A DNA stretch of 37,108 bases. Origin: a virus (lineage: Duplodnaviria; Caudoviricetes). The translations under genes were made by a program, and so were the position numbers. Below, piece after piece: positions 19,010 to 30,677 of this stretch; position 1 is the stretch's first letter, and every line of letters begins with the position of its first letter. The notes under the pieces are model-generated. The model searched no databases. It was not told the origin of the DNA and saw nothing but the letters and a program-made list of their open reading frames with translations. The stretch spans positions 1-37,108 of IMG/VR virus record IMGVR_UViG_3300027732_000061; one strand, written 5' to 3'.

Positions 19010-22000
19010 TTATTTACTTTTAAACAGACCTCTAGTTCTTGTAACTTCCGGAGCAGTCGAAAGTCCAATTAAACCATTATTAGTGTTTAGTATAAATTCT
19101 TTTGGAGAACCAAGTGATCTATTTTCATAATCATATATCTTACCCCAACTATAATTTCCATAATAACCATTTGTTGTTATTCCGGGATTTATTGTAAAAT
19201 CAATTCCAACCGGAATCGCTGGTGTTGGATTGGGAAGAAATCTACAAGTGACAGTTACAATTCCTACCACAGAGGAATTGATTGGTTTTTCTACTACTTC
19301 TGCATAATAAACACCATCGATAAATGAAGTTGCAGTACCAACAACAACATTATCAGTAGTTATACAAGTTAAGGCATGTCCACACTGAATATTGCTATTA
19401 TATATCACAAAATAATCTCCTACCGAAATTCCACTTGATTGTATGCCATAACTATTAAGAGCAGAATATCCTATTCCCAATTGAGTATTATCATAAGATT
19501 CTGTTTTTAATTTAAATTTTATTCGTGGTATAGTATTAATTCCGGCAATTATTGTTAAAGAAGTATCAACACCTACTATAACACCAAAATCACCTTCTGC
19601 CTCGATTGATTTGATTTCTTCTATTTTTGTTTTTTCTGATTGAATTAATACTTTAGGTGGATCTGATTGATTATATCCAAAACCAGGATTTGTAATTGTG
19701 ATAGATGTTACGGTTCCAGATGTTGCATTCGATGTTGCAGATGCAAAATTATAACTAGGAATAGAATAAATCGAAGTGGCCCCAAGTCCAACAGAAATAT
19801 ATCTATCTTCAACAATTGAATAATTAATATCTTTTAATGCATTTGATTGATTTGTAGATTTTTGAGTCCAATTTTGAAGATCGAATGAATAATATAATAT
19901 CCCATTTGAATTTAATAATGTATATAAGTTGTAATATGAATTGTAATGTATATTTGTAAAATTACCAAAAATATTGGGAATAATTTGCACCCAACTAGTT
20001 CCATTAGTAGAAGTTCTAATTTCAGAATTATTACCAACAGTTATAAATTGAGATCCAGTCCAAATAACTTTATTTAAATCGCCATTATCTATATTCACCC
20101 AAGATGTTCCATCAATACTTCTTACTCCACCAGTATTACCAACTACAACAATAGAACCAATACCTACTGCAATCGATCTCAAATTGCTAGTTGTATTTGA
20201 TGATACTAATTTAAATGAAGTACTGCCAACTCCAACTGCATCAAAAATCGAACCACCAGCACCAACACAAATCCATTTATCGTAATCTGATGAATATATA
20301 ATGTCCGCAAGTGCAGCAACAGAAACACTTTCTAGTGGTTCTTTGCCTCCAAGAATATTGCTAAATTCGAATTTTTTAATTTCTGACCAAGATGATATTG
20401 TTGTACCAAATCCAACAGATCTTACAATTTTTCCTTGTTCTCCAACAGCAATATAGTAATTAGTTGCTCCCAATCCAACAGAATTGAAATTAATTGTTCC
20501 GGCATATCCAATATTTGACGTTGTATTGAATGATTTTCCATCTATTGAAGTTACCACAATTCCACTTTGCCCAACTGCAACTATAGGATTTCCAATAACC
20601 ACTGATAGTAATGAAGAAGTCGTCGATAAACCGCTCGTAGGTAACCAATTAAAAATTGGTTCTTTAATTTGTGATTGTGGATGAGAAAACGAAACTGTCG
20701 GAGAATTTATTGTATATCCAATACCTCCAGTAGAAATTGCAACATAAGAAATTGTACCTGCAACTGATACTACTGCTGTCCCAAGTCCTGATAATGTTTC
20801 TTTATTATCAATTATTAATATATTATCTTCTGACCCTTGAATTGGATCAACATCATTAAATAGAGGATATGCATTATTTACATATATTGACGTGTCTGTA
20901 GTATTTAAGTTTTTAATAATTCTAGTTGTAGGTCTAATTGTCGGAATTAAATTTGGTCTTGCTTTAGAAACTAAAGAACCAAGAATAACTCTATCTTCTG
21001 TTTGTTTTGTCCATTTTAATGGTCTAATTTTATCAGAATTTGTATTGATGCCAATACTATCATAATTATAAGTATCAAGTTGATCTGATGCTACAATCTT
21101 TTTAACTACTCTTTCGAATTGTTCTCTATCCAAATTGTCATTAATATTTTCACCAATTTGAACAATGTCCCCCTCCTTAATTGTTTTTAGTGGAGTAACA
21201 GTTTCTACGTCTAAAGACGAACCTCTGTAAAATATAACAGAACATAATGAATTTGGTTTTGGTGCTTCACTAAAAACTATCCTAGATCCAAAGAAGGTAT
21301 AAGCTTCACCAGGAACTTGAAGTATATCATTCAAATATATAAAAATATTATTTTGCAATACAATATCAGATCCAAATTCTTTTCTCAAATCAATTATTTC
21401 AGTAGTTCCACCATTAGTTTGTGTTAATGTAAATTTTTTGCGAAATCCATTAAAATATTGAGAAAAATCATCAAAATAAATAAATTGTCCAGGATAAAAC
21501 CCACTAAATTTATCTGTTAAAGTTTCTGTCACTGTAAGTTTAAACTCTACAAATTCTGCACCAATCGTTGGATTTGTAGTTAATCCGACTACTTTAAGAA
21601 TATCCCCAACTTTATACCCAACTCCAGGATTATCTAAATTAAAACCAATAATATTTGAACCAGATCCAACTTGAACTGAAACTTTTGCATTAGTTCCAAC
21701 TCCAGAAGAACCTCCAGTGTAAGCAACGCCAAGATTGCTGTATCCAAGAGGTAGATCAATATTTACATATACAGGGGAAGATGGCATATACCCACTTCCA
21801 CCTCCAACAATTGAAAGTGAAGATAAACTACCACCAACACCAACAGTGGCCGTTATAGTAGCACCAGAACCAACATCAGAGGCAATACTGATACTTGGAG
21901 GAGTTCTATAAGCACTACCACCACCTTTTATAGTAATTGAGGTAATTGTCCCTGCAGATGAAACTGATGCTGTTGCTGCTGCTCCAATCAATGGTTGATA

Positions 22001-25000
22001 ACCAAATCCAGTCGTAATTGCAACATTTACAATTTTTCCAGCATTTGGGACACCAGTTAAAAACTTAATAGTATTATTTCCGGGAGTATCAATTGAATAA
22101 TCTACTTCTGGCCTTTGGAAAACATTGTTTATAAGTATAATTGGATTATTGTTAATATCTGTAGAACTATTTGTGTCTGTATACAATCCAACAACACCGT
22201 TTCCATTTGATTTTAAATTAAATTGTGTTGCTGCAATTCCAGTAAAATCAGCAGAAATATCATCTAAAATTAAATTTTTATCATTTGGACTTGAAGAATC
22301 AAATGCCCTAGAGAATGCTCTACCGGAGAAGAAAGATGATACTTTAAACTGAGGATCTGTTGATGCTATTGCTGGCCCATATGGTGGAGTAGAAAAATAT
22401 ATCACATCCTTTACAATATTAAAATCACCAGTATGAACAGTAACCGCAGAACCTATCGTATGCCCAGCAGCAACTGTTCCCATAAATGAACGAGCAACAT
22501 CTATTTTATTCGTAGATCCAATACCAACAGAAATGATTTTTAAAAATTCATTGTTAATTTTTAAAATGTCTGATCCTGATATAGAATTAATACCAGAAGA
22601 AATATATATTGCGGTTGATCCAATACCGATTGATGTGGAAAGACCTATTGTGATATTTTTTTGATGAACTGCACTTTGGATTATATTATCTATAGAAATG
22701 ATTACATTTTCATTTTGATTTTTAAAACTAAATGATTGAGTCCCAGTACCAAGAGATGTCAAATCAAAAGGAGATGAAATTGCTGTAGGTACTCCGCAAA
22801 GTTGAAAATTATTTACGTCAATTTTACGAACAAAAACATTTGATGGTAAAGTTGTTCCGGGTGCATGAAATGTCGCAGCAATTCCTATAGAGGTTCCAGC
22901 TCCAGAATTATAGATTATTTCTTGTCCACTTTGAAACCCATGATTTGAAATAATAAATTTATTATTTGCCAAATCAACAAAAGAAGTAGAAGAACTAACA
23001 AACTCATTATAAAATAATGAATTTCCTAAACTTTTAAGTTTAAATGAAGACAATCCAACAACTTCTCCACCAATTGTACTAGTAATTCCTGTAAATTGTG
23101 AACTAATATCATCAATTGATGAAACTTTATTGGTTTTATTTAATATAAAATTCATCAATTCAACTCCTTCTGGAAAATATATTCTTTCCACAGATTCGTC
23201 ATCTAACACATCTTCTTCATATACCATTGAAAAATTGTGTTTTGTGTGCAAAGAATTAAAACTATCCATATTCACAAGCAATGTTGTTTCTGATGATGCA
23301 ATAGAAACTTTCATATTTGTAGATTTGGCAATTCCAATATTGACTGGACCAATATTGGGCATTGTAATTATATCTAAATCAGAAAACTCTTTAAATCCAG
23401 ACGGATGTATAATTGATTTTACAGATTCTTTCCAAGTCGAATATGGAATTTCACTTTTGATTGAATATGAAAATTTTTGATAATAATTATTATCTGATAT
23501 TCTTTGTTGATAATCATTCAAAATACCATTTTTATCATCAAAATCATTAATTTTGTCTCTAGAAACTCCTAGAGATGCAGAAAGGTCAAATGTAGATACA
23601 AATTTTACTACTCCATTTAATTTTGATTTTTCTCCATAAAGTTTATCGCCAACATTTAATACTCCTTTGGAATTTATCAATCTTAATTGATTTATATCAT
23701 TATCCCAACCATCTTCCATTACTTGTGCCGAAAAATTTGTAGATGATACTTTTTCTCCAGAAAAATATTGGGAATCATCAATTATATTCATTTCAAAAAT
23801 GGGCATATCTTTTTTGTTGACAACATGACCAAAAGTAAAATCAGAATTATATAAACCAAAATCCGCATTAATTGGTTGCAGCCCATTCATATTATAGTTT
23901 ATAGTCCTAGTGGTTGTGGTTATTCCTGTCACTGTGAAAAAGTTATACCCATAATCTTTCGAATTAAAAGTATTTTTGGTTTTAGTTGCATCAGTCAATC
24001 TACATTTTTCAATAAAAATACTATCACCAATTGCAAATGGAAATTTTGTTATTGTTGACCCATATCCAATTGCGATTGGTTCGAATAAAACCGGATCATT
24101 TACTAAATTTATTGTTCCATCTCCAGAATTATTCACATTTATATCATCAATTTCATATCCATTTGAATTATTATACGGAACAATGTTAAATGGATTTTTT
24201 AAATTAAAAACATTTTTTGTTATTTCTACATTAATTACAGATCCACCTTGAATTTTGGATGTCAGTTCGATTTGATCATTTCCAATAACTTTTAATTTTG
24301 GTGGAGTATTGTAATTTTTTCCTCCTGTTAAAATACCAATAGAATCTACTCTAGATATTTCTTTAATAATACAAACAGCAGGAACACTCAACTGTGGCAA
24401 TATAGTAGGATCTGTAGGGTAGTCAAATCCATTTTTAATTCTATCAAGTGATAAGATTTCTCCAATTTCATCTGAAATTGGTGTTAATGATGCAGATTTT
24501 CCAGAAGAAGTTTTAACAAAATTTATAGATGGAAGAATTGGATAAGATATTCCTTTTGAATTAATTTTGATTTTTGATATTGGACCACTTGCATTTTTAG
24601 AATCTGTATCATAAAAGACTGAGGAAATTCCTGTCGTTTGTGTATATTCTACATATTCTGGTTTTTGTTTTAAATTAAATTTAAAAATATTGGAACTGAC
24701 ACCAATAATAGAGTGTTCGCTTGATAGGTTACTTGATCGAATATCGATTCGATTAAAACCAAAAACTTCTTTATCAATAGATAATTGATTTTTTTCTGGA
24801 TCTGAAGATACTGGAGTAAAATTATAATAAAATGTTTTTGGAATGAATCTCTCCTTAGTTTGCAAACTTACTGAGGTATCAGTCCTTCCAATTGCTAATG
24901 TATTTTCTTGTTTTTTATCAATTTCAAATTGTTTTTTAAAATCTTGATCTGTATAAAAATTTAATATAAATTTATCATTATTGTTATTGTTTATAGACAA

Positions 25001-28000
25001 ATTTGATACATCAAATTCTATTTTATTTCCTTTTGAAAATGATAGTGGCGGATTTATAAGAGCAATATTTTGAGTACCAATTCCAGCATTAGAAAATGAT
25101 ATTCCCAATCCAATAGTCACGTCATAAGAATATTTACAAAGTTGTATTTTATCTGGGTGCTCTTTTAACACATAATAAACTGATTCATTTTCTAAACCAC
25201 CAATAGCAGTAGTTCCAGAATAATAAACAATTTTATCTCCATTTTTTAATATATTAAGTCCAATATCAATTGTTGATGTAGAACCGGTAGAAACTTTTGC
25301 TGTAGAAAATCCTATAAGACCGGTTGTAATTTTTCTATTTTTTTTATCAAATCTAAAAGATACATTTTCTGTCCTTGATGGTATAATTGTAAATTTAATT
25401 TTATCCCCACCAAGTAAATTGTGGGGTTCTGAAGTAGACACAATTCCAGAATAATTTTCAACTCTTGCAGTTACTGTTTTATATGTTGTTTTGAATGAAT
25501 TTAAATCGCTAACATTTGCATTGGATATAAAATACAAAGAGTTTAATGTACTTCCAATTCCAATTGAAGTAGTAAAACCCAATGTAGATATTCCTAGATA
25601 ATTATTTCCCAAATTTACAGCATATATTGTTTGGTTTTTAGTTAAACTGAATGATAAAGAAGGATTGCTATCATATACACTTACTCCTATACCAGAACCA
25701 ACAGGACAATCATATGTTAATTGTTGTCCAGTATAAAAATTATGATTCGGAATATAAATCACTCGTGATGGAACAAATCTATTCACTATATTACTTATTC
25801 CAATACCAACAACTGAATAATTAGTTCCAGTAGTTCCAAATCCGACACTATTTTTTGGGTTAAAATATATTTCTCGATTTTCTGGTAAAAATGAAGAAAT
25901 TGGGTTAACTTCGGTAAATTCAAACTTTTTAGGAAGTAATCTCACACTTTCGATTCCTGCAGTATGAATTCCACCAGAAGAAGATCGGTTGACTAATAAT
26001 TGTGATGTTTCTGGTATAATATTCGTAATAATTAATATTTCTGTTCCAATTTCAATTGAATCATTAACTTCAAAACCAGAAATATCCGTAACATTTATAT
26101 TTGTGGAAACTCCAGTAACACCAATGTTTTGTAAACTAGATGTCAATCCAACTACTTTTTGATTTACAAATATAGTTTTTGTACCTTCAAGTTGAGATAA
26201 TGAAAATGCAGATATTCCTGAAATGATTATTTTATCATTAGATACTAAATTATGTACAGTTGAAGCAATTCCTACAATTTTATTGCCTCTGGTTGCAAAT
26301 ACAACATCATTGAAAGTAGATACTCCAACAATTAAATTTGATATTGTTTTTCCAAACACTCTATCAATTTCCGCACCTGCACCTACTCCTTCTTTTTCGT
26401 TTTTAAAAATTATAGCATCTTTTGCACGATAATTTTCACCAGAAGAATCAATTGATATAGATGTAATACCAGATTTTTTGATTTGTTTTACTATAAAATC
26501 CTGTTTTAACTCTGGAGCATTTTTAGTTAAAGCATCATAACCAGAGTTTTCAGAATCCAAAAAGTAATTTGAGGTATTTCTTATTAAATTAAGATTCTTG
26601 AAGTCTAAATTTTGAGTAAAAGTAGGATCAAAATTTTCAATAACTGGAATATCTTTAAAATAATTTCCAATTACATATGGATATTTTGGATTTGTTTCCT
26701 TTGTATCTCCATTAGATATAATCTCAAAAGTCGCAAAATAGGCATATGTTCCATATGGATATTCTGGTGTTGTGCAAAATCTTCCATTATATTCATCCAA
26801 ATCTCCAGAAGAATCAAACTTATAATCGTTTACAAAATAACCATTATCAAAAGAATTTGGTCTTTCTTTACCATTAGGTTCAGATTTTTTTTTGTAACTA
26901 GAATTAATTAATTTAATAGTATTATCTGTTATACTAGTTCTTCCATATGGTCCATAAATCGGATTTCCATCATAAGCCCATCCAATAATTGGACTATGTT
27001 GGGGTGGTGTTATTTCGGTATTATTATCATTATTAATATTATCACCGATATTTTTTCTTAATGCTTTTGGTAGATAAAAATTAATTACTTTTAGCCCAAG
27101 AGATTGGTCGATATTTGGAAATGTTATTGTTTCGTCATTTCCACTAAATTTATTTTTTTTAACTTGATTGATTTTCCACTCAAATACATTTGCAATAAAT
27201 TGTAAATCTTTTCCTCTTCTGACTACTTCTATTCTTGTGTTTGATTTTGTATATCCAACACCATCATCAATAACCAAAAATGAAGTAATTTTTCCGTCTG
27301 TAATAACTGGTTTAATGTCAGCATATTTTCCTTCCCCATAAATTATTACTTCAAACCCATTATCATATCCTTTTCCCGAAAAAATAATTTGAATATCTGT
27401 AATAGATCCATTTATAATTACCGGTTTTAGCAAAGCAGAAGTAATTGGTTTTAAATTAACATTTGGCCTTCTGTGAAAATTAATAATCTCAGAAGAACCA
27501 TAAGAAACCCCACCATTTTCAATATAAACACTCTCGGCACTTCCGAGCACTATTGGAGTCAGTATTGGGGATACGATTGATGTTGAACCTATTCCCGATA
27601 AAGTCTCTATTTTAATACTAATTGGAGGATATGCAAATGTGTGCGTACCAACTCCTAAAGAATTAAATTTAGTGTATTTTTTATTAATATAATTTAAATT
27701 AGTTGATGTAGTTCCAATACCAGCATCAGATAGTTTAAATTTATCTTTATCAATAATTGTAATATAATATTCTGTAGTAGTGGATAATCCAGATATTGAA
27801 GTACCAGTATGAGAATATATAACAAAATCACCATTTTTAAATCCATGCATTTTGGCAAAAATGTAATCATCAAATGTACTAATCCCAGAAATTTGATAAT
27901 CCAAAGACGGATATGAAACAGAGGATACTTTAACTAATCTATTTGAATATCCAGAACCTGGATTTTTTACATAAATTTTATTAATAATATTTTTAATATT

Positions 28001-30676
28001 AAGAGTCCTAAATTCATGAAATCCAGAACTTATACCAGTAATATTAATAGTGGCAATTCCTACTAAAACGTCTGATATATTTTTATGTAATTTGATTTGT
28101 TTTGGATTTATAATATTTACGAAATATTTTGAGTTCTCTATTAGTCCAGGAACAACTGTATTTCCATTTGAATGATATACTATTTCTTCATAATTAACAA
28201 AATTGTGATTACTTATAAATGTTATTGTATCTGTAGAGGTATCAATCGATTCTGAATCTGATTTAAATATTGCAGTAATATTTGTTTTAACTAAATTGGG
28301 TTCTAATACTGCACCAGAACCATTACCACCCATTAAAGTTAATATTGGTTTTTTGACATATCCAATTCCTGGAGAATTTATTTGTACTTCTTTTAATGAT
28401 CCAGAAAGAATTAAATTTGCTTTACATTCAGATCCAATGTTTTTTATGTTTAAACCAATACCTACAGAATCACTTATAATTAATTCGGGAGGATTTATTA
28501 CATCATAATTTTTTCCTGGATTTGTTATTTGGATCGAATCTACTTTTCCATAATAAATATTCTCATCAAATAGAGTAGGTGAATATAACTCTACGCCATT
28601 AATAAATAATCCAAGATTTCTATTGAATGTGGTTCTGCTAGTTTCATTATCAAAATAATTAAGATTGTCGGTTAAATTAAATTTTCTTAATATTTTTTGA
28701 TCTTTAATAGTTTTATTTTCATAACCAAGTTTAAAGATAAAACCATTTGTGGTTGCAATACCAACATTAATATATTCTTCAGCAAATAAGTTATTATCAC
28801 TATAGGATAATGATATATTCTCGTCATTGATTTTTTTTACAAAATAAATTCCAGTTTCAATTCCTACAGAAGTTTTTGGATCATAATAAATTTTATCTCC
28901 AGATGATAAATTATGATTAATTATTTTCAAAATTGTAGTTGACCCTGTTCCTATAGGAACAACTTTTTTTGTATCTGTAGAACTAATTTCATAATTTGGA
29001 AAACCAGAAGTTGTTACATATAAATATTTTCCTTCTTTGTCGATATAAGTATTTTGAATTGCTGAATTTATACTTGATATACCAATAAAATTTAAAAAAT
29101 TAGTTTTATTAATTGTTTTTTGAATTCTAATTTTATTAACATCCGAAATATCGAATCCACTTTCACTTGCTTCTAAACCAATTATAGTAGAATTTGTAAT
29201 ACCCGTAATTTTTGCAGGTATATTTTTTGGAATTGTGGTTGCAATATTAATAATAACCTTTTCATCTTTGTAAAATTTAATATTATCTTTTAATGTTATG
29301 GTATAACTACCAGCAGCATTAGATGTTATTCCACTTATATTATGATATGTTGGTATATTATAAATCCAACTATCAAAATTTGTATTTCCTGATAAGTTTT
29401 TTCCAAAAGAACTGAGTGATATTTTATCTCCAATTTTTAATCCAGAAGAATTTTTAGTATCAATTTTATCAATTACACTAATAATTCTAAATTCATTTAA
29501 AGATGGTGTATCTGATTGGTTGTCATATGCATATGCTAATTTGCTTTCGTAAATAAAGTCTCCAAAATTTAAAGTTTGGTCAATACCAGTAACATTTAAA
29601 AATTGAGTACTCGTTTTATCTGTATATGATAAATTTAATTGTGTTAAATCTGTTTTTTGTGCAATAATTGTTCCTGACTGTGCAAATCCAACTGTAGAAT
29701 CGACAGTAATTGTATTATTTGATGCAAGAACAGTTTCAACTACTTTAGTTGATCCTGTAATTTCAAAGTTTCCAGTAAAAGATGTAGAATCTAAAGATAC
29801 TTCATAAAAATCTTTATCCCGTATTGGCCTATACTCAACATTATAGATAGCAGCAGTAACTGTACCAATTCCACTTATAAATTGATTTAATGTTTCGCCC
29901 TTTAATGAAGTAGCATTTTTCCCAGAAATTTTTTCAACTAAAATATTTTTTGTTACAAAATAATTACTGTCAGATGGACTCAACATATATTCTTGAGGAT
30001 TTATTGTTTCTATTTCTGATCCATATAATATCGAAAAAAGAATTTTAAAAGATTGTGATGTTCCTTTTGAAGAATAAAAATCCTTTGCTCTTGATAAAAT
30101 ATTTCCCAAAGAAATATTAGGAGAAAGATTTCTTTCTTCAAAACCAGGCAAAAACTGATATTTAAATTTTTTAAATATTTCAAAGAAGAATATAAAATTT
30201 AAATTTTGTAAAGGTGTATCTTTTTTATGTTCAGATGCTTCAGTAATTGAAAAATTTAAAAGTCCTGGATTATTATCTTTTTCTAAACTATCGATACCAC
30301 TAAATCCACGAATACACCCAGTAAATTTATTTGTTGTTATTCCTGTATAAGTAATAATTTCATTATCAATTTTAATTAATCCATATTTACTTGGATATCC
30401 AATTGTATGAGATACGGAAATAGTATCATCAAAAGATAAAACATCATCTGTTAATATCGAAGGAACATTTAGATCTATTAATGTTTCACTATTAAAATTT
30501 TGTATTTTTTTATATTTTTGAATATTAGATGATAAGTCTACTATTCCTGTTTGATGTTCCTGTGATGTATAATATTGATCTAAAAATTCCTGAAAAAGTG
30601 GTGATTCCTCATTCAAAAATTCAGGAATTTGTGAATCTAAAATGTGATTGATTTTTATTCTTTTGATTTCCGTCAT
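19010..30676 (-). CDS. gp7: Giant baseplate wedge protein (cyanomyophage gp7-like, 3888 aa)
   Basis: Lies between gp6 and gp8; ILDSQIPEF...FLDQYY, KDFYSSKGT..SFKILF, HSPIIGWAYDGNPIYGPYG...GDLDEYNGRFC.TPEYP.GTYAYF (YHYH-like segment), DNNYYQKFSYSIKS...HPSGFKEF; many GxGY repeat domains. Confidence 0.8.
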   Translation of the reverse strand: MTEIKRIKINHILDSQIPEFLNEESPLFQEFLDQYYTSQEHQTGIVDLSSNIQKYKKIQNFNSETLIDLNVPSILTDDVLSFDDTISVSHTIGYPSKYGLIKIDNEIITYTGITTNKFTGCIRGFSGIDSLEKDNNPGLLNFSITEASEHKKDTPLQNLNFIFFFEIFKKFKYQFLPGFEERNLSPNISLGNILSRAKDFYSSKGTSQSFKILFSILYGSEIETINPQEYMLSPSDSNYFVTKNILVEKISGKNATSLKGETLNQFISGIGTVTAAIYNVEYRPIRDKDFYEVSLDSTSFTGNFEITGSTKVVETVLASNNTITVDSTVGFAQSGTIIAQKTDLTQLNLSYTDKTSTQFLNVTGIDQTLNFGDFIYESKLAYAYDNQSDTPSLNEFRIISVIDKIDTKNSSGLKIGDKISLSSFGKNLSGNTNFDSWIYNIPTYHNISGITSNAAGSYTITLKDNIKFYKDEKVIINIATTIPKNIPAKITGITNSTIIGLEASESGFDISDVNKIRIQKTINKTNFLNFIGISSINSAIQNTYIDKEGKYLYVTTSGFPNYEISSTDTKKVVPIGTGSTTILKIINHNLSSGDKIYYDPKTSVGIETGIYFVKKINDENISLSYSDNNLFAEEYINVGIATTNGFIFKLGYENKTIKDQKILRKFNLTDNLNYFDNETSRTTFNRNLGLFINGVELYSPTLFDENIYYGKVDSIQITNPGKNYDVINPPELIISDSVGIGLNIKNIGSECKANLILSGSLKEVQINSPGIGYVKKPILTLMGGNGSGAVLEPNLVKTNITAIFKSDSESIDTSTDTITFISNHNFVNYEEIVYHSNGNTVVPGLIENSKYFVNIINPKQIKLHKNISDVLVGIATINITGISSGFHEFRTLNIKNIINKIYVKNPGSGYSNRLVKVSSVSYPSLDYQISGISTFDDYIFAKMHGFKNGDFVIYSHTGTSISGLSTTTEYYITIIDKDKFKLSDAGIGTTSTNLNYINKKYTKFNSLGVGTHTFAYPPISIKIETLSGIGSTSIVSPILTPIVLGSAESVYIENGGVSYGSSEIINFHRRPNVNLKPITSALLKPVIINGSITDIQIIFSGKGYDNGFEVIIYGEGKYADIKPVITDGKITSFLVIDDGVGYTKSNTRIEVVRRGKDLQFIANVFEWKINQVKKNKFSGNDETITFPNIDQSLGLKVINFYLPKALRKNIGDNINNDNNTEITPPQHSPIIGWAYDGNPIYGPYGRTSITDNTIKLINSSYKKKSEPNGKERPNSFDNGYFVNDYKFDSSGDLDEYNGRFCTTPEYPYGTYAYFATFEIISNGDTKETNPKYPYVIGNYFKDIPVIENFDPTFTQNLDFKNLNLIRNTSNYFLDSENSGYDALTKNAPELKQDFIVKQIKKSGITSISIDSSGENYRAKDAIIFKNEKEGVGAGAEIDRVFGKTISNLIVGVSTFNDVVFATRGNKIVGIASTVHNLVSNDKIIISGISAFSLSQLEGTKTIFVNQKVVGLTSSLQNIGVTGVSTNINVTDISGFEVNDSIEIGTEILIITNIIPETSQLLVNRSSSGGIHTAGIESVRLLPKKFEFTEVNPISSFLPENREIYFNPKNSVGFGTTGTNYSVVGIGISNIVNRFVPSRVIYIPNHNFYTGQQLTYDCPVGSGIGVSVYDSNPSLSFSLTKNQTIYAVNLGNNYLGISTLGFTTSIGIGSTLNSLYFISNANVSDLNSFKTTYKTVTARVENYSGIVSTSEPHNLLGGDKIKFTIIPSRTENVSFRFDKKNRKITTGLIGFSTAKVSTGSTSTIDIGLNILKNGDKIVYYSGTTAIGGLENESVYYVLKEHPDKIQLCKYSYDVTIGLGISFSNAGIGTQNIALINPPLSFSKGNKIEFDVSNLSINNNNNDKFILNFYTDQDFKKQFEIDKKQENTLAIGRTDTSVSLQTKERFIPKTFYYNFTPVSSDPEKNQLSIDKEVFGFNRIDIRSSNLSSEHSIIGVSSNIFKFNLKQKPEYVEYTQTTGISSVFYDTDSKNASGPISKIKINSKGISYPILPSINFVKTSSGKSASLTPISDEIGEILSLDRIKNGFDYPTDPTILPQLSVPAVCIIKEISRVDSIGILTGGKNYNTPPKLKVIGNDQIELTSKIQGGSVINVEITKNVFNLKNPFNIVPYNNSNGYEIDDINVNNSGDGTINLVNDPVLFEPIAIGYGSTITKFPFAIGDSIFIEKCRLTDATKTKNTFNSKDYGYNFFTVTGITTTTRTINYNMNGLQPINADFGLYNSDFTFGHVVNKKDMPIFEMNIIDDSQYFSGEKVSSTNFSAQVMEDGWDNDINQLRLINSKGVLNVGDKLYGEKSKLNGVVKFVSTFDLSASLGVSRDKINDFDDKNGILNDYQQRISDNNYYQKFSYSIKSEIPYSTWKESVKSIIHPSGFKEFSDLDIITMPNIGPVNIGIAKSTNMKVSIASSETTLLVNMDSFNSLHTKHNFSMVYEEDVLDDESVERIYFPEGVELMNFILNKTNKVSSIDDISSQFTGITSTIGGEVVGLSSFKLKSLGNSLFYNEFVSSSTSFVDLANNKFIISNHGFQSGQEIIYNSGAGTSIGIAATFHAPGTTLPSNVFVRKIDVNNFQLCGVPTAISSPFDLTSLGTGTQSFSFKNQNENVIISIDNIIQSAVHQKNITIGLSTSIGIGSTAIYISSGINSISGSDILKINNEFLKIISVGIGSTNKIDVARSFMGTVAAGHTIGSAVTVHTGDFNIVKDVIYFSTPPYGPAIASTDPQFKVSSFFSGRAFSRAFDSSSPNDKNLILDDISADFTGIAATQFNLKSNGNGVVGLYTDTNSSTDINNNPIILINNVFQRPEVDYSIDTPGNNTIKFLTGVPNAGKIVNVAITTGFGYQPLIGAAATASVSSAGTITSITIKGGGSAYRTPPSISIASDVGSGATITATVGVGGSLSSLSIVGGGSGYMPSSPVYVNIDLPLGYSNLGVAYTGGSSGVGTNAKVSVQVGSGSNIIGFNLDNPGVGYKVGDILKVVGLTTNPTIGAEFVEFKLTVTETLTDKFSGFYPGQFIYFDDFSQYFNGFRKKFTLTQTNGGTTEIIDLRKEFGSDIVLQNNIFIYLNDILQVPGEAYTFFGSRIVFSEAPKPNSLCSVIFYRGSSLDVETVTPLKTIKEGDIVQIGENINDNLDREQFERVVKKIVASDQLDTYNYDSIGINTNSDKIRPLKWTKQTEDRVILGSLVSKARPNLIPTIRPTTRIIKNLNTTDTSIYVNNAYPLFNDVDPIQGSEDNILIIDNKETLSGLGTAVVSVAGTISYVAISTGGIGYTINSPTVSFSHPQSQIKEPIFNWLPTSGLSTTSSLLSVVIGNPIVAVGQSGIVVTSIDGKSFNTTSNIGYAGTINFNSVGLGATNYYIAVGEQGKIVRSVGFGTTISSWSEIKKFEFSNILGGKEPLESVSVAALADIIYSSDYDKWICVGAGGSIFDAVGVGSTSFKLVSSNTTSNLRSIAVGIGSIVVVGNTGGVRSIDGTSWVNIDNGDLNKVIWTGSQFITVGNNSEIRTSTNGTSWVQIIPNIFGNFTNIHYNSYYNLYTLLNSNGILYYSFDLQNWTQKSTNQSNALKDINYSIVEDRYISVGLGATSIYSIPSYNFASATSNATSGTVTSITITNPGFGYNQSDPPKVLIQSEKTKIEEIKSIEAEGDFGVIVGVDTSLTIIAGINTIPRIKFKLKTESYDNTQLGIGYSALNSYGIQSSGISVGDYFVIYNSNIQCGHALTCITTDNVVVGTATSFIDGVYYAEVVEKPINSSVVGIVTVTCRFLPNPTPAIPVGIDFTINPGITTNGYYGNYSWGKIYDYENRSLGSPKEFILNTNNGLIGLSTAPEVTRTRGLFKSK

Positions 30677-30677
30677 C

